The notes under the pieces: generated by a model
What the model saw: the letters and a program-made list of their open reading frames with translations, nothing else
What the model was told of the DNA's origin: nothing
Database searches by the model: none
In this document: piece by piece, positions 7,308 to 16,506 of the stretch
Layout of the letters: each line of letters starts with the position of its first letter
Numbering within the stretch: position 1 is the stretch's first letter
Assembly: GCF_000025685.1 (NCBI RefSeq)
Contig: NC_013967.1
Span: 1,080,001-1,112,000 of the forward strand
Direction of reading: 5' to 3'
Length of the DNA stretch: 32,000 nucleotides
From: Haloferax volcanii DS2
GTDB taxonomy: Archaea; Halobacteriota; Halobacteria; Halobacteriales; Haloferacaceae
Position numbers and translations under genes: made by a program

Positions 7308-8110
7308 ACGACGACGCGTACGAGGGCGCGCGCCTCGACAAGGACGACGTCGTCCTGAAGACGACCGGCTTGGAGAAGGCGTTCGGCGGCCTCGTCGCCA
7401 CCGACGACGTCTCCATCGAGGTCGAACGCGGGACCATCACCGGGATGATTGGACCGAACGGCGCGGGCAAGTCCACGCTGTTCAACCTCATCTCCGGCTT
7501 CTACGAGAACGACGCCGGCCACGTCACCGTCAACGGCGAGGACGTGACCGACCTCGAACCGCACGAGCGCGTCCGAAAGGGACTCGTTCGGACCTTCCAG
7601 ACGCCCCGGCGGCTGGAGGGGATGTCCGTCCGCGAAGCGATGCTCGTCGGTCCCGGCCCGCAGAAAGGCGAGTCCGTCTTCTCGCTTTTCTTCTCCGGCT
7701 CCGACGTGACAGAAGAGGAGCGGGCGAACATCGAACAGACGCGCGAGCTGCTCGAACGGTTCGAAATCGGGCATCTCATCGACCAACCGTCGACCGACCT
7801 CTCCGGCGGGCAGATGAAGCTCGTCGAGCTCGCGCGGGCGTTCACGACGAACCCCGATATCCTGCTTTTGGACGAGCCGGTCGCCGGCGTCAATCCGACG
7901 CTCGCGAACGACATCAAGCGGTTCATCCGCGAACTCAACGAGGAGGGACAGACCTTTCTCATCATCGAACACGACATGCCGATTATCATGGACCTCGCAG
8001 ACCCCATCATCGTTCTCGACCAAGGGAAGGTGCTCATGGAGGGCTCGCCGGACGAAGTCCGCTCCGACGACCGCGTCATCGAGGCGTACCTCGGGGGGGC
8101 CGGCCCGTGA
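7304..8110 (+). CDS. livG: ABC transporter ATP-binding protein, LivG-type
   Basis: Walker A GPNGAGKST, signature LSGGQMKLVELARA, Walker B LLLDEPVAGV. ATGA overlap with livM. Confidence 0.92.
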   Translation: MNDDAYEGARLDKDDVVLKTTGLEKAFGGLVATDDVSIEVERGTITGMIGPNGAGKSTLFNLISGFYENDAGHVTVNGEDVTDLEPHERVRKGLVRTFQTPRRLEGMSVREAMLVGPGPQKGESVFSLFFSGSDVTEEERANIEQTRELLERFEIGHLIDQPSTDLSGGQMKLVELARAFTTNPDILLLDEPVAGVNPTLANDIKRFIRELNEEGQTFLIIEHDMPIIMDLADPIIVLDQGKVLMEGSPDEVRSDDRVIEAYLGGAGP

Positions 8111-8844
8111 CCGAGCGCGCCCTCGACGTCAGCGGCGTCGACAGCGGCTACGGCGAGGTGCAGGTGCTCCGCGACCTGACGCTCCGCCTCGAATCGGACG
8201 AAATCGTCTGCATCATCGGGCCGAACGGCGCGGGGAAGTCGACCGTCCTCAAGACGGTGTTCGGCCTCCTCAAGCCGTGGACCGGCTCGGTCGAACTGAG
8301 TGGGCGAGATATCACCGGCGAGGAGCCGGAGGACCTCGTCCGCGTCGGGATGGGCTACGTCCCGCAGGTGGACAACGTCTTTTCCTCGCTCACCATCGAC
8401 GAGAACCTCAGGATGGGCGGGGTCGCCCGCTCGGAGGGCTTGCAGGCGCGAATCGACGAACTGTACGACCAGTTCTCGATTCTCGACGAGAAGCGCTCTG
8501 CGAAGGCCCGGACGCTCTCGGGCGGCCAGCGGCAGGTGCTCGCGTTCGCCCGCGCGCTCGTGATGGAGCCCGAAGTGCTCCTCATCGACGAGCCGTCGGC
8601 GGGCCTCGCGCCCAACATCGTCCAGTCGGTGTTCGAGGACGTGAAGAAGGTGAACGAACTCGGGACGGCGGTCCTGATGGTCGAGCAGAACGCCCGCGAG
8701 GGGCTCGGCATCTCCGACCGCGGCTACGTCCTCGACCAGGGGACAGTCGCCTACGAGGGCGACGCCGACGGCCTCCTCGACGACCCCGAAGTCTCGCGGC
8801 TCTACATGGGCGGCGCGGACTACGAGGGCGTCGAGGGCGAGTAA
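8107..8844 (+). CDS. livF: ABC transporter ATP-binding protein, LivF-type
   Basis: GTG at 8107 overlaps the livG stop. Walker A GPNGAGKST, signature LSGGQRQVLAFARA, Walker B LLIDEPSAGL. The long ORF 7234-8844 is this gene plus an out-of-frame upstream extension. Confidence 0.9.
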   Translation: MTERALDVSGVDSGYGEVQVLRDLTLRLESDEIVCIIGPNGAGKSTVLKTVFGLLKPWTGSVELSGRDITGEEPEDLVRVGMGYVPQVDNVFSSLTIDENLRMGGVARSEGLQARIDELYDQFSILDEKRSAKARTLSGGQRQVLAFARALVMEPEVLLIDEPSAGLAPNIVQSVFEDVKKVNELGTAVLMVEQNAREGLGISDRGYVLDQGTVAYEGDADGLLDDPEVSRLYMGGADYEGVEGE

Positions 8845-8857
8845 CGCGCGACTCGCC

Positions 8858-8875
8858 CCGCGTTCGCGGCTTTTT
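8858..8875 (+). terminator. Short hairpin plus T5 after the liv operon
   Basis: ccgcg-tt-cgcgg (8858-8869) followed by c then ttttt (8871-8875), 14 nt after the livF stop. Confidence 0.45.
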
Positions 8876-8886
8876 CCGACCGCGTG

Positions 8887-9684
8887 CTACGCCGCGTGCT
8901 TTTCGATTTCGCCTTTGAGCGACGCGGCGTCGAAGTCGTGGTCGGGCCGGATGTTGACGAAGTCGAGGAAGTCGACGGCGTCCAACAGCGCGTCCGCGTC
9001 GTAGGAGTCGAGCGCCGCGGTGACGGCCTTCTTGGGACCGACGAGCGGTTCGAGCGCGGCCAGCCCGCAGGCGAGGTCGTACGCGCGGGCGTCGCGCATC
9101 CCCTCGTCGTTGACGTTCGTCGCGTCGATGAAGTAGATGCCGTCCTCGCGGACGAGGACGTTCTCGGCTCTGAGGTCGCCGTGAGCGAGGTGGTTGTCGT
9201 GCATCGCCGCGAGCGCCGCGAACAGTTCGGGGGCGAGCCGTTCGACCTCCGCTCGCGGGGCGGTGTCGAGGGTGTGGAAGTTCGGCAGGTATTCGAGGAC
9301 GAGCACGCCGAGACCGTCCACCTCGAACGCCTCGACCGGCGCGGGCGCTTGCAGGCCGATGTCGCGGAGTCGCTTCGTCGCTTCGAGTTCGTGTTCGGCC
9401 ATCTCCAGCGGCGTCCCGAAATGCCCGAAAAAGCCCTCCGTCCCGCTGGAGAACGCGCCGAGGTTTCGCCCGGTGGTGAAGACGGCGTGGACGAGCGAGT
9501 TCTGTTTGGAGATGACTTTCACGAACCACTCGTCGTCGACGACCATCGGGGTCGAAAGCCAGTTGTCCGCCTCGAGAAATCGGATGTGGAGGCTGTCGCG
9601 GTCGTATCGCCGAGCGAGTTCGCGGGCGACCGTCTCCAGACGCGGCCACCCGAGGCGGCCGCGGACGAGCCGACGGAGGTCCAT
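8887..9684 (-). CDS. Protein-kinase-fold protein (RIO/Bud32/Kdo-kinase-like)
   Basis: 265 aa. The catalytic-loop-like HGDLRAENVLV is followed by IYFIDATNV (metal-binding Asp). The subfamily is not resolved by eye. Confidence 0.65.
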   Translation of the reverse strand: MDLRRLVRGRLGWPRLETVARELARRYDRDSLHIRFLEADNWLSTPMVVDDEWFVKVISKQNSLVHAVFTTGRNLGAFSSGTEGFFGHFGTPLEMAEHELEATKRLRDIGLQAPAPVEAFEVDGLGVLVLEYLPNFHTLDTAPRAEVERLAPELFAALAAMHDNHLAHGDLRAENVLVREDGIYFIDATNVNDEGMRDARAYDLACGLAALEPLVGPKKAVTAALDSYDADALLDAVDFLDFVNIRPDHDFDAASLKGEIEKHAA

Positions 9685-9723
9685 GCACCCCCGTAAGACG
9701 AGGGGCGGCTTAACCTCGTGGGC

Positions 9724-10161
9724 CTACGACGATTCCTGTCGGACCGTCAACACGGGCGCGTCGGAGCCGCGGACGACGCGCTCGGCGACGCTCCCGATGA
9801 GGTAGCGGTCGATGCCGCTGCGGCCGTGAGTTCCCATCACGACGAGGTCCACCTCCCGTTCGTCGGCGTGGCGGATAATCTCGCTCGCGGGCGTGCCCTC
9901 CGTGACGACGGTCTCGACCTCGACGCCGGCCTCGCGGGCCGCCTGAGCGACGCGGTCTAGCACCTGCTCACCGCTTTCGAGGAGCGCCTCGCGGACCCGT
10001 TCGAGCGAGAGCGCGGGCGCGGCGTAGCCGACCTCGCGCACGTCCGCGACGTAGAGCGCCACGAGCGTCGCGTCGTAGGTGCGGGCGTGTTCGATGGCGT
10101 GGTCCAACGCGGCGTCCGCGCAGTCGCTGCCGTCGGTCGGAAAGAGGATGTGGGAGTACAT
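9724..10161 (-). CDS. Universal stress protein (UspA family)
   Basis: 145 aa: MYSHILFPTDGSDCADAALDHAIEHA..., VMGTHGRSGIDRYLIGSVAERVVRGSDAPVLTV. Confidence 0.9.
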   Translation of the reverse strand: MYSHILFPTDGSDCADAALDHAIEHARTYDATLVALYVADVREVGYAAPALSLERVREALLESGEQVLDRVAQAAREAGVEVETVVTEGTPASEIIRHADEREVDLVVMGTHGRSGIDRYLIGSVAERVVRGSDAPVLTVRQESS

Positions 10162-10280
10162 ACGAGAACGTCGGGCCGCGGCGCAAAAAGACCCGGATGC
10201 CTATTCCCACGCGATGGGAGTACCCGACGTGGGCTGCCGCCTTCGCCGGCCGCGACGCATATCCTTCATGGTCGTTCGAT

Positions 10281-10288
10281 TAGTTTAT
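10281..10288 (+). promoter_or_regulatory. TATA-like box for the acyl-CoA dehydrogenase gene
   Basis: tagtttat is centred ~29 nt upstream of ATG 10314, which supports 10314 rather than ATG 10287 as a leaderless start. Confidence 0.4.
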
Positions 10289-10313
10289 GTCCGGCACGGC
10301 GATAGTTGGTCGC

Positions 10314-11456
<1,143 letters not shown>

Positions 11457-11480
11457 GCGGCCGTCGAAGCCGGCGGTGAC

Positions 11481-11936
11481 TCACTCCGACTCGGCCATCG
11501 CCGACAGCCGAGCGACGTAGGAGAAACTGCGGACGTGGTCCTCTTCTGTCGGCGCGTCCTCGAAGTCGGCGGGGACGGTAAAGGAGACGACGCGCTCGCG
11601 AATCGTGTCGTGCGGCTCGTCGCCTATCCAGCCGATATCGCGGTAGTACGACGCCATCTCCAGCGCGCCGCGACCGCCGAGTCGCTCGACGAGGTGGACA
11701 CACCAGTCGAGCAGCACGCGCTCGGCCCGCGGCGTCCGCGGAATCTCGTCGAGGAACGGCTCGCCGTCCGAGGTGACAGCCGCGGTCGTCGCGAGGAGGC
11801 GCTCGTGAGCCACGTCGCTCCACGCCCGGTTCGTCGGTGCGTCGACCCAGTCGAACGACCGAGCGCCGGAGTTCCGTCTGAGTCCGGGCCCGGTCGGGCC
11901 GTCGGCGTCAGTCGGGTGACGTGACTCGCGCGGCAT
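11481..11936 (-). CDS. ArlD/E (FlaD/E, Arch_fla_DE) domain protein, stand-alone paralog
   Basis: 151 aa. RVLLDWCVHLVERLGGRGALEMASYYRDIGWIGDEPHDTIRERV...HVRSFSYVARLSAM aligns by eye to the C-terminal domain of ArlCE (22770-24209) and to the 15684-16214 product. Confidence 0.75.
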   Translation of the reverse strand: MPRESRHPTDADGPTGPGLRRNSGARSFDWVDAPTNRAWSDVAHERLLATTAAVTSDGEPFLDEIPRTPRAERVLLDWCVHLVERLGGRGALEMASYYRDIGWIGDEPHDTIRERVVSFTVPADFEDAPTEEDHVRSFSYVARLSAMAESE

Positions 11937-12258
11937 CTATCCCTGCGTGTGCGTCCATCCGAATTAAGCGTTCGGGCGAACGTCCGACATATGACAGCCA
12001 CACGAACGTTCAATCCGAGAGAGTGGGTGAACGGTTGAGCTGATAACTCCGAACGAGACTACGAGTCGAAAGCTGATTTGACGGGCGTGTCACTCGGCGT
12101 GGCGTGATTTCTCTCTTCGCTCCGTCTGCTATCAACTTTGATATATGGGGCGAATCGCTTAAGTTCCGTACCAGCTACACGTTTGATATCGCTCCGATGT
12201 GACACTCATCGGAAAGAACAGTTCCGAGAGAGTCACAGATGCGAGCCACGACCCACAT

Positions 12259-14385
12259 ATGACCAGCGTCGGGCAGTACCCACACGCGTACGCGCTGTTC
12301 GCCGCGGGCATCCTTGCGGGGGTCGTCACACTCGTTGTTCTCGGCCGGTTCCGACGCTACTCGCGGCGCGTCCGCCTCCCGTTTGCGCTGTTGACGCTCT
12401 CCGGGAGCATCTGGGCCACGGCGTACGGGTTCCTCTTCCTCCCGATGACGCCCAGCGCAGAACTGTTCTACGCGCAGTTGGCGTGGGCCGGCGCGGCCGT
12501 CATCCCGACGGTCTGGCTCGTCTTTGCGCTCGTCTACGCCGGCGAAGACCAGCTCCTCTCCACGCAGATGCTCGGCTTTCTGGCCGTCGAGCCCGCCGTC
12601 GCTATCGCCCTCAAGTTGACGAACGCCTCCCACGGGCTGCTCGGGTCGTCGCTCGGCCCCTGGCGGGCCATGCAGCCGGACCGGTTCGGCGCCCCCGGTG
12701 CGGACTTCCTCGGTCCGTTCGGCCCGGTCCTCGTCCTCGTCGCACACGTCGTTTACGGGTTCGGCGTCGCGGTCACCGGGGTGAGCGTCATCGCGAGAAC
12801 GTACCTCAAAAGCTCGAACATCCACCGGCGACAGGCCGGGTTTCTCTTCGTCGCCGGGGTGATTCCGCTCGCCGCGCTCGGCGGCGAGTTCTTCTTCCCG
12901 TTCCGCATCAATCCGGTCCCCGTCTCTATCGGCGTTAGCTCGGTCGTCGTGCTCTGGGCGCTCTTCAGACACCAACTGTTCGATATCACGCCCATCGCCC
13001 GCGACGCGATTCTCTCGGAGATGCGCGACGCCGTCGTCGTCCTCGACGAACAGGACCGAATCGTCGAATCGAACGGGGCCGCCTCGGAACTGTTAGCGCG
13101 GCCGGTCTCCGAGTGCGTCGGCGAGTCCGTCCTCGAAAGCGTTCGCGTGCCGTCCGAGGTTCAGGCGGTGTTAGCGGGTCGAGACAGGGCGCAAGCGGTC
13201 GTCGAAGACGACGGGACCAACCGCTATTTCGAGGTCCGTTCCGAACCGCTCGGCGACCAGACACGCGACCGGACGCGCTTGCTCGTCTTCTACGACGTGA
13301 CGGAACGCCGCCGCACCGAAGAGGAGTTCCGCGCGCTCATCGAGAACTCGCGGGACGTCATCACCGTCCTCAACGAGGACGGCGAACGGACCTACACGAG
13401 TCCCTCGATGACCGAGGTGCTCGGCTATCAGACCGACGCGCTCGTCGGTGAGCCGGTGCTCGACCTCGTCCACCCCGATGACAGAGACCGGGTCGCTGAC
13501 TGCTTCGACGAGGTGGTCTCCGGCGACCCGCCCGTGCGCGCCGAGTTCAGAGTCCGCCACAAAAACGGTACGTGGCGGCGGTTCGAGACGGTTGGCGTCA
13601 ACCTCCTTGATGACCCCGCCGTCGGCGGCGTCGTGTTGAACTCGCGGGACGTGACGAGTCGCCATCGCTACGAACAGCGCCTCCGAGTGTTGAATCGCGT
13701 CCTCCGGCACGACCTCAGAAACGACATGAACGTCATCCTCGGCCACGCCGACCTCCTCCTCGACGAACGCATCCCCGCCGAGTCGAAGGACCACGCCCGG
13801 ACGATAAAGCGGAAGGCGTCGTCGCTCGTCGAACTCGGCGAGCAGACCCGGCACATCGACACGACGCTCACCCGCGGGCCGTCCGGACTCGAACCCGTCG
13901 AGGTGGTCGAGCGCATCGAGGCGCAGTTAGACGACATCGAGTCCGACTACCCCGAGGCAATCGTCCACCGGAACCTCCCCGACAAGATGTGGGTCACCGC
14001 GGACGACCTCATCGAATCGGCACTCAAACACCTCATCGACAACGCGCTCGAACACAACGACCGCGTCATCCCGGAGGTCGGCGTCACCGTCGAGCGGAGC
14101 GCGACCTCGAACGACTACGTCGAGATTCGAATCGCCGACAACGGGCCGGGCGTCCCCGACGCCGAACTCTCCGTCCTCGAATCGGGGACCGAGACGCCGC
14201 TCCAGCACATCAGCGGACTCGGCCTCTGGCTGGTCCAGTGGATAATCGACCGCTCGAACGGTCGGCTCCGGTTCACGGAGAACGAGCCGCGGGGGTCCGT
14301 CGCCATCGTCGGCCTCCGGAGCGCCGACCGAGCAGCCTCCGCCAGCGACGGCGGCACGATAACGGGCGAGTCGGAGACGGACTGA
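12259..14385 (+). CDS. Sensor histidine kinase: N-terminal multi-TM (7TM-type) domain, two PAS domains, HisKA/HATPase_c
   Basis: About 260 aa of hydrophobic helices, then two PAS-like segments (including RAEFRVRHKNGTWRRFETVGVNLLDD). H-box RVLRHDLRNDMNVILGHADLL, N-box DNALEHN, G1 DNGPGV, G2 GLGLWL. ATG 12259 is preferred over GTG 12199. Confidence 0.9.
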   Translation: MTSVGQYPHAYALFAAGILAGVVTLVVLGRFRRYSRRVRLPFALLTLSGSIWATAYGFLFLPMTPSAELFYAQLAWAGAAVIPTVWLVFALVYAGEDQLLSTQMLGFLAVEPAVAIALKLTNASHGLLGSSLGPWRAMQPDRFGAPGADFLGPFGPVLVLVAHVVYGFGVAVTGVSVIARTYLKSSNIHRRQAGFLFVAGVIPLAALGGEFFFPFRINPVPVSIGVSSVVVLWALFRHQLFDITPIARDAILSEMRDAVVVLDEQDRIVESNGAASELLARPVSECVGESVLESVRVPSEVQAVLAGRDRAQAVVEDDGTNRYFEVRSEPLGDQTRDRTRLLVFYDVTERRRTEEEFRALIENSRDVITVLNEDGERTYTSPSMTEVLGYQTDALVGEPVLDLVHPDDRDRVADCFDEVVSGDPPVRAEFRVRHKNGTWRRFETVGVNLLDDPAVGGVVLNSRDVTSRHRYEQRLRVLNRVLRHDLRNDMNVILGHADLLLDERIPAESKDHARTIKRKASSLVELGEQTRHIDTTLTRGPSGLEPVEVVERIEAQLDDIESDYPEAIVHRNLPDKMWVTADDLIESALKHLIDNALEHNDRVIPEVGVTVERSATSNDYVEIRIADNGPGVPDAELSVLESGTETPLQHISGLGLWLVQWIIDRSNGRLRFTENEPRGSVAIVGLRSADRAASASDGGTITGESETD

Positions 14386-14483
14386 GAGACGGGCTGAGCC
14401 GCGCAGTAATCGAGTCGCATGATCGACGTGTCAAAGCCGAAACAGAGAACGAGACAACGAGCCGACCCGAGAGCCGAGCGTGT

Positions 14484-15581
14484 TCAGGTCGCGTTTCGGT
14501 CCCGGAGCCGCACCGCGAGCCTGTGTGCGCCCGCGGCCGCGGCGGTCGTCGGGTCGTCGGGGACGACCACGTCTACGGGACGGTCGAGCTCCGCGGCGAG
14601 GCGTGATTCGAGTTCTGCGACCAAGCCGGGGATGCACGCCATCCCGCCGGTGACGACCAGCGGGCGTGCGCGAGCGAGCTGATAGGTCTTCATGTGCGAA
14701 CTCGCCAGCCGCGAGAAGAAGTCGCTGAGCTCTGTGACCGCGTCGTCGAGGTAGTCGTCCAGCGGCTCCATCACGCCCCGTTCGACGGTGAACTCGTGGA
14801 CGCCGTCGCCGCCGTCTCCGTCCCCGCGTTCGACCGCGTCGGTGAAGGGTTCGAACCCGCCGAAGTCGGCGTGGGTTTCCTTGTACTCGCGGGCGGTGTC
14901 GGGGTCGATGGTCGCGCGCCCCTCGGTCTCGGCTTCGACCGCCTCGGCGATGCGCCGGTCGACGCGGTCGCCGGACACCTCTGCGGAGACGAACGGGAGC
15001 AACCGCGTTCCGTGTCGGTACGCGCACGCTTCGAGGTTCGTCGGGCCGAGGTCGAGGGCGACGAACACCTCGTCGACCGCCTCGATTCCGTCGCCGAGCG
15101 CCGGAATCGACGCGCACAGCGATTCCGGGAGCCCTCGCGTGAGCGTCCCCCCGAGGCCGCACTCACCGACTGCGGTGCCGAAGTTCGCGAGGCCGACCCT
15201 GTCGTCGACGGTCGGCATCGCGTAGACGACGGCGCTTTCGGCCGGGAGGTCGTGTCGCTCGCAGAGTTCGCGGACGAACCGCTCGAACAACTCGGCGTCG
15301 CGGGCGGTCGCGGGCACGCCCGAGCGAAGCATGAACTCCGCTCGGTCACCGGACCGCCGGACCGCCCCCTCGTCGTCGCTGACGCGTTCGTCGCCGGGGA
15401 GCGCGTCTTCGCCGTCGACCAGACACGAAGGGACCTGAACGGTCGTCGCCGCGTCGCCGTCGTCGAAGACGAGCGTCGTTCGGGCGCTCCCGAACTTGAC
15501 GCCGACGGCGGTCGGAGCGTCGCGCTCGCCGGACTCGGGCGTCGCGTCAGTGCCGTTGGCCGTGGCTGCGTCGTTCGTCAT
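14484..15581 (-). CDS. Divergent actin/MreB/PilM-like (ASKHA-fold) ATPase-family protein
   Basis: 365 aa with five ASKHA signatures in order: AVGVKFGSARTTLVF (aa ~25-39), AVVYAMPTVDD (~117-127), FVALDLGPTNLEA (~173-185), LVVTGGMACIPGLVAEL (~308-324), TTAAAAGAHRLA (~345-356). Coding is confident; the fold assignment is by eye only. Confidence 0.75.
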   Translation of the reverse strand: MTNDAATANGTDATPESGERDAPTAVGVKFGSARTTLVFDDGDAATTVQVPSCLVDGEDALPGDERVSDDEGAVRRSGDRAEFMLRSGVPATARDAELFERFVRELCERHDLPAESAVVYAMPTVDDRVGLANFGTAVGECGLGGTLTRGLPESLCASIPALGDGIEAVDEVFVALDLGPTNLEACAYRHGTRLLPFVSAEVSGDRVDRRIAEAVEAETEGRATIDPDTAREYKETHADFGGFEPFTDAVERGDGDGGDGVHEFTVERGVMEPLDDYLDDAVTELSDFFSRLASSHMKTYQLARARPLVVTGGMACIPGLVAELESRLAAELDRPVDVVVPDDPTTAAAAGAHRLAVRLRDRNAT

Positions 15582-15683
15582 ACGGTATCAACTCGATTCG
15601 GACTCGGCGGGGTGGTTCGCGCAGTCATGGGATACACTCGGTTGTCGGAAGGAGAGACCGTGTTCGAGACCCGGCGGTCGGCG

Positions 15684-16214
15684 TCACACCATCGAGGAGA
15701 GGCGGGCGACGTAGACCAGGCTCAGCAGGTGGTCGTCGACGTCGAGGTCGGTCGGTTCGTCGACGTCGGCGGAGAAGCCGAGGAGATAGTCCCGGAGCGT
15801 CTCCTCGACGTCCGGCGTGACCCAGCCGACCGTCTGGTAGTACCGGAGGGCGTCCATCGCCCGCTTGAACCCGCTTTTGAGGACGAGGAACTCCAGCCAG
15901 TCGAAGACGACGCGCTCCGCGCCGTACTTGTCCGGCAGCGAGCGGAGATACGGCTTTTCGACGCCGTCTTCCTCGCCGCGGGACTGGTGGACGAGCAGGT
16001 GTTCGAGTTGGCTCGACCGGAGCGCCTCGGACGCCTCCTGTCGGCTCCGGTCGAAAAGCGGGTTATCGAACCGGAACGGTCCGCGGTCGTCGAACCGGCC
16101 GTCGTCGAACCGGCCGTCGTCGAATCTACCGTCGCCGTTCCGTCTGGCTCGTGGTGCGTCACGCGCGATACGTCGAAGTTCGTCTGGGTCGTATTCGTCC
16201 GGGTCCAGGTACAT
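15684..16214 (-). CDS. ArlD/E (FlaD/E, Arch_fla_DE) domain protein with N-terminal (GRFDD)3 repeat
   Basis: 176 aa. RVVFDWLEFLVLKSGFKRAMDALRYYQTVGWVTPDVEETLRDYL...HLLSLVYVARLSSM matches the ArlD/E domain. The N-terminal region reads NGDGRFDDGRFDDGRFDDRGPFRFDNPLFD. Confidence 0.8.
   Translation of the reverse strand: MYLDPDEYDPDELRRIARDAPRARRNGDGRFDDGRFDDGRFDDRGPFRFDNPLFDRSRQEASEALRSSQLEHLLVHQSRGEEDGVEKPYLRSLPDKYGAERVVFDWLEFLVLKSGFKRAMDALRYYQTVGWVTPDVEETLRDYLLGFSADVDEPTDLDVDDHLLSLVYVARLSSMV
16086..16130 (-). repeat. 15-bp tandem repeat x3 (plus degenerate flanking copies), coding for GRFDD units
   Basis: gtcgtcgaaccggcc at 16086-16100 and 16101-16115, and gtcgtcgaatctacc at 16116-16130. In frame, on the minus strand of the 15684-16214 CDS. 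Confidence 0.9.
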
Positions 16215-16506
16215 GGGTCACCTCGTTCAGGACGGCACGAATCCCCTGAGTCCCCCGACTCGGGGCGGCGGAGCACGCAGCGCGCTGTCCGCGATGTCAC
16301 ACGCGATATCGTACCGTGTCGGTGAAAGCATTCGAAGGAGGCGACATAAATCTATTCGAGACATTATCACTCGTGATACCTCGATGTGCGGGCGCTCGAA
16401 CTCGGTCGTCGTCATTCGACAGTCGGTGTCGTCGGTCACCAAACGATGAGTGTGGGTTCGTTCCAACACCGTCGCACCGAGACCGAGGGACAAGGAGCCG
16501 AACCGC

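Noticed and set aside
7234-8106. N-terminal 291 codons of ORF 7234-8844
   Set aside because: This is an Arg-rich out-of-frame overlap with livM/livG. The LivF homology begins at GTG 8107, which overlaps the livG stop.
16227-16493. 88-aa minus-strand ORF in the cheD / ArlD/E-like intergenic region
   Set aside because: It has no motif and a non-halophilic composition with several Cys and Arg, and it lies in a likely promoter/UTR region. There is insufficient support to call it a gene, although ribosome profiling could revisit this.
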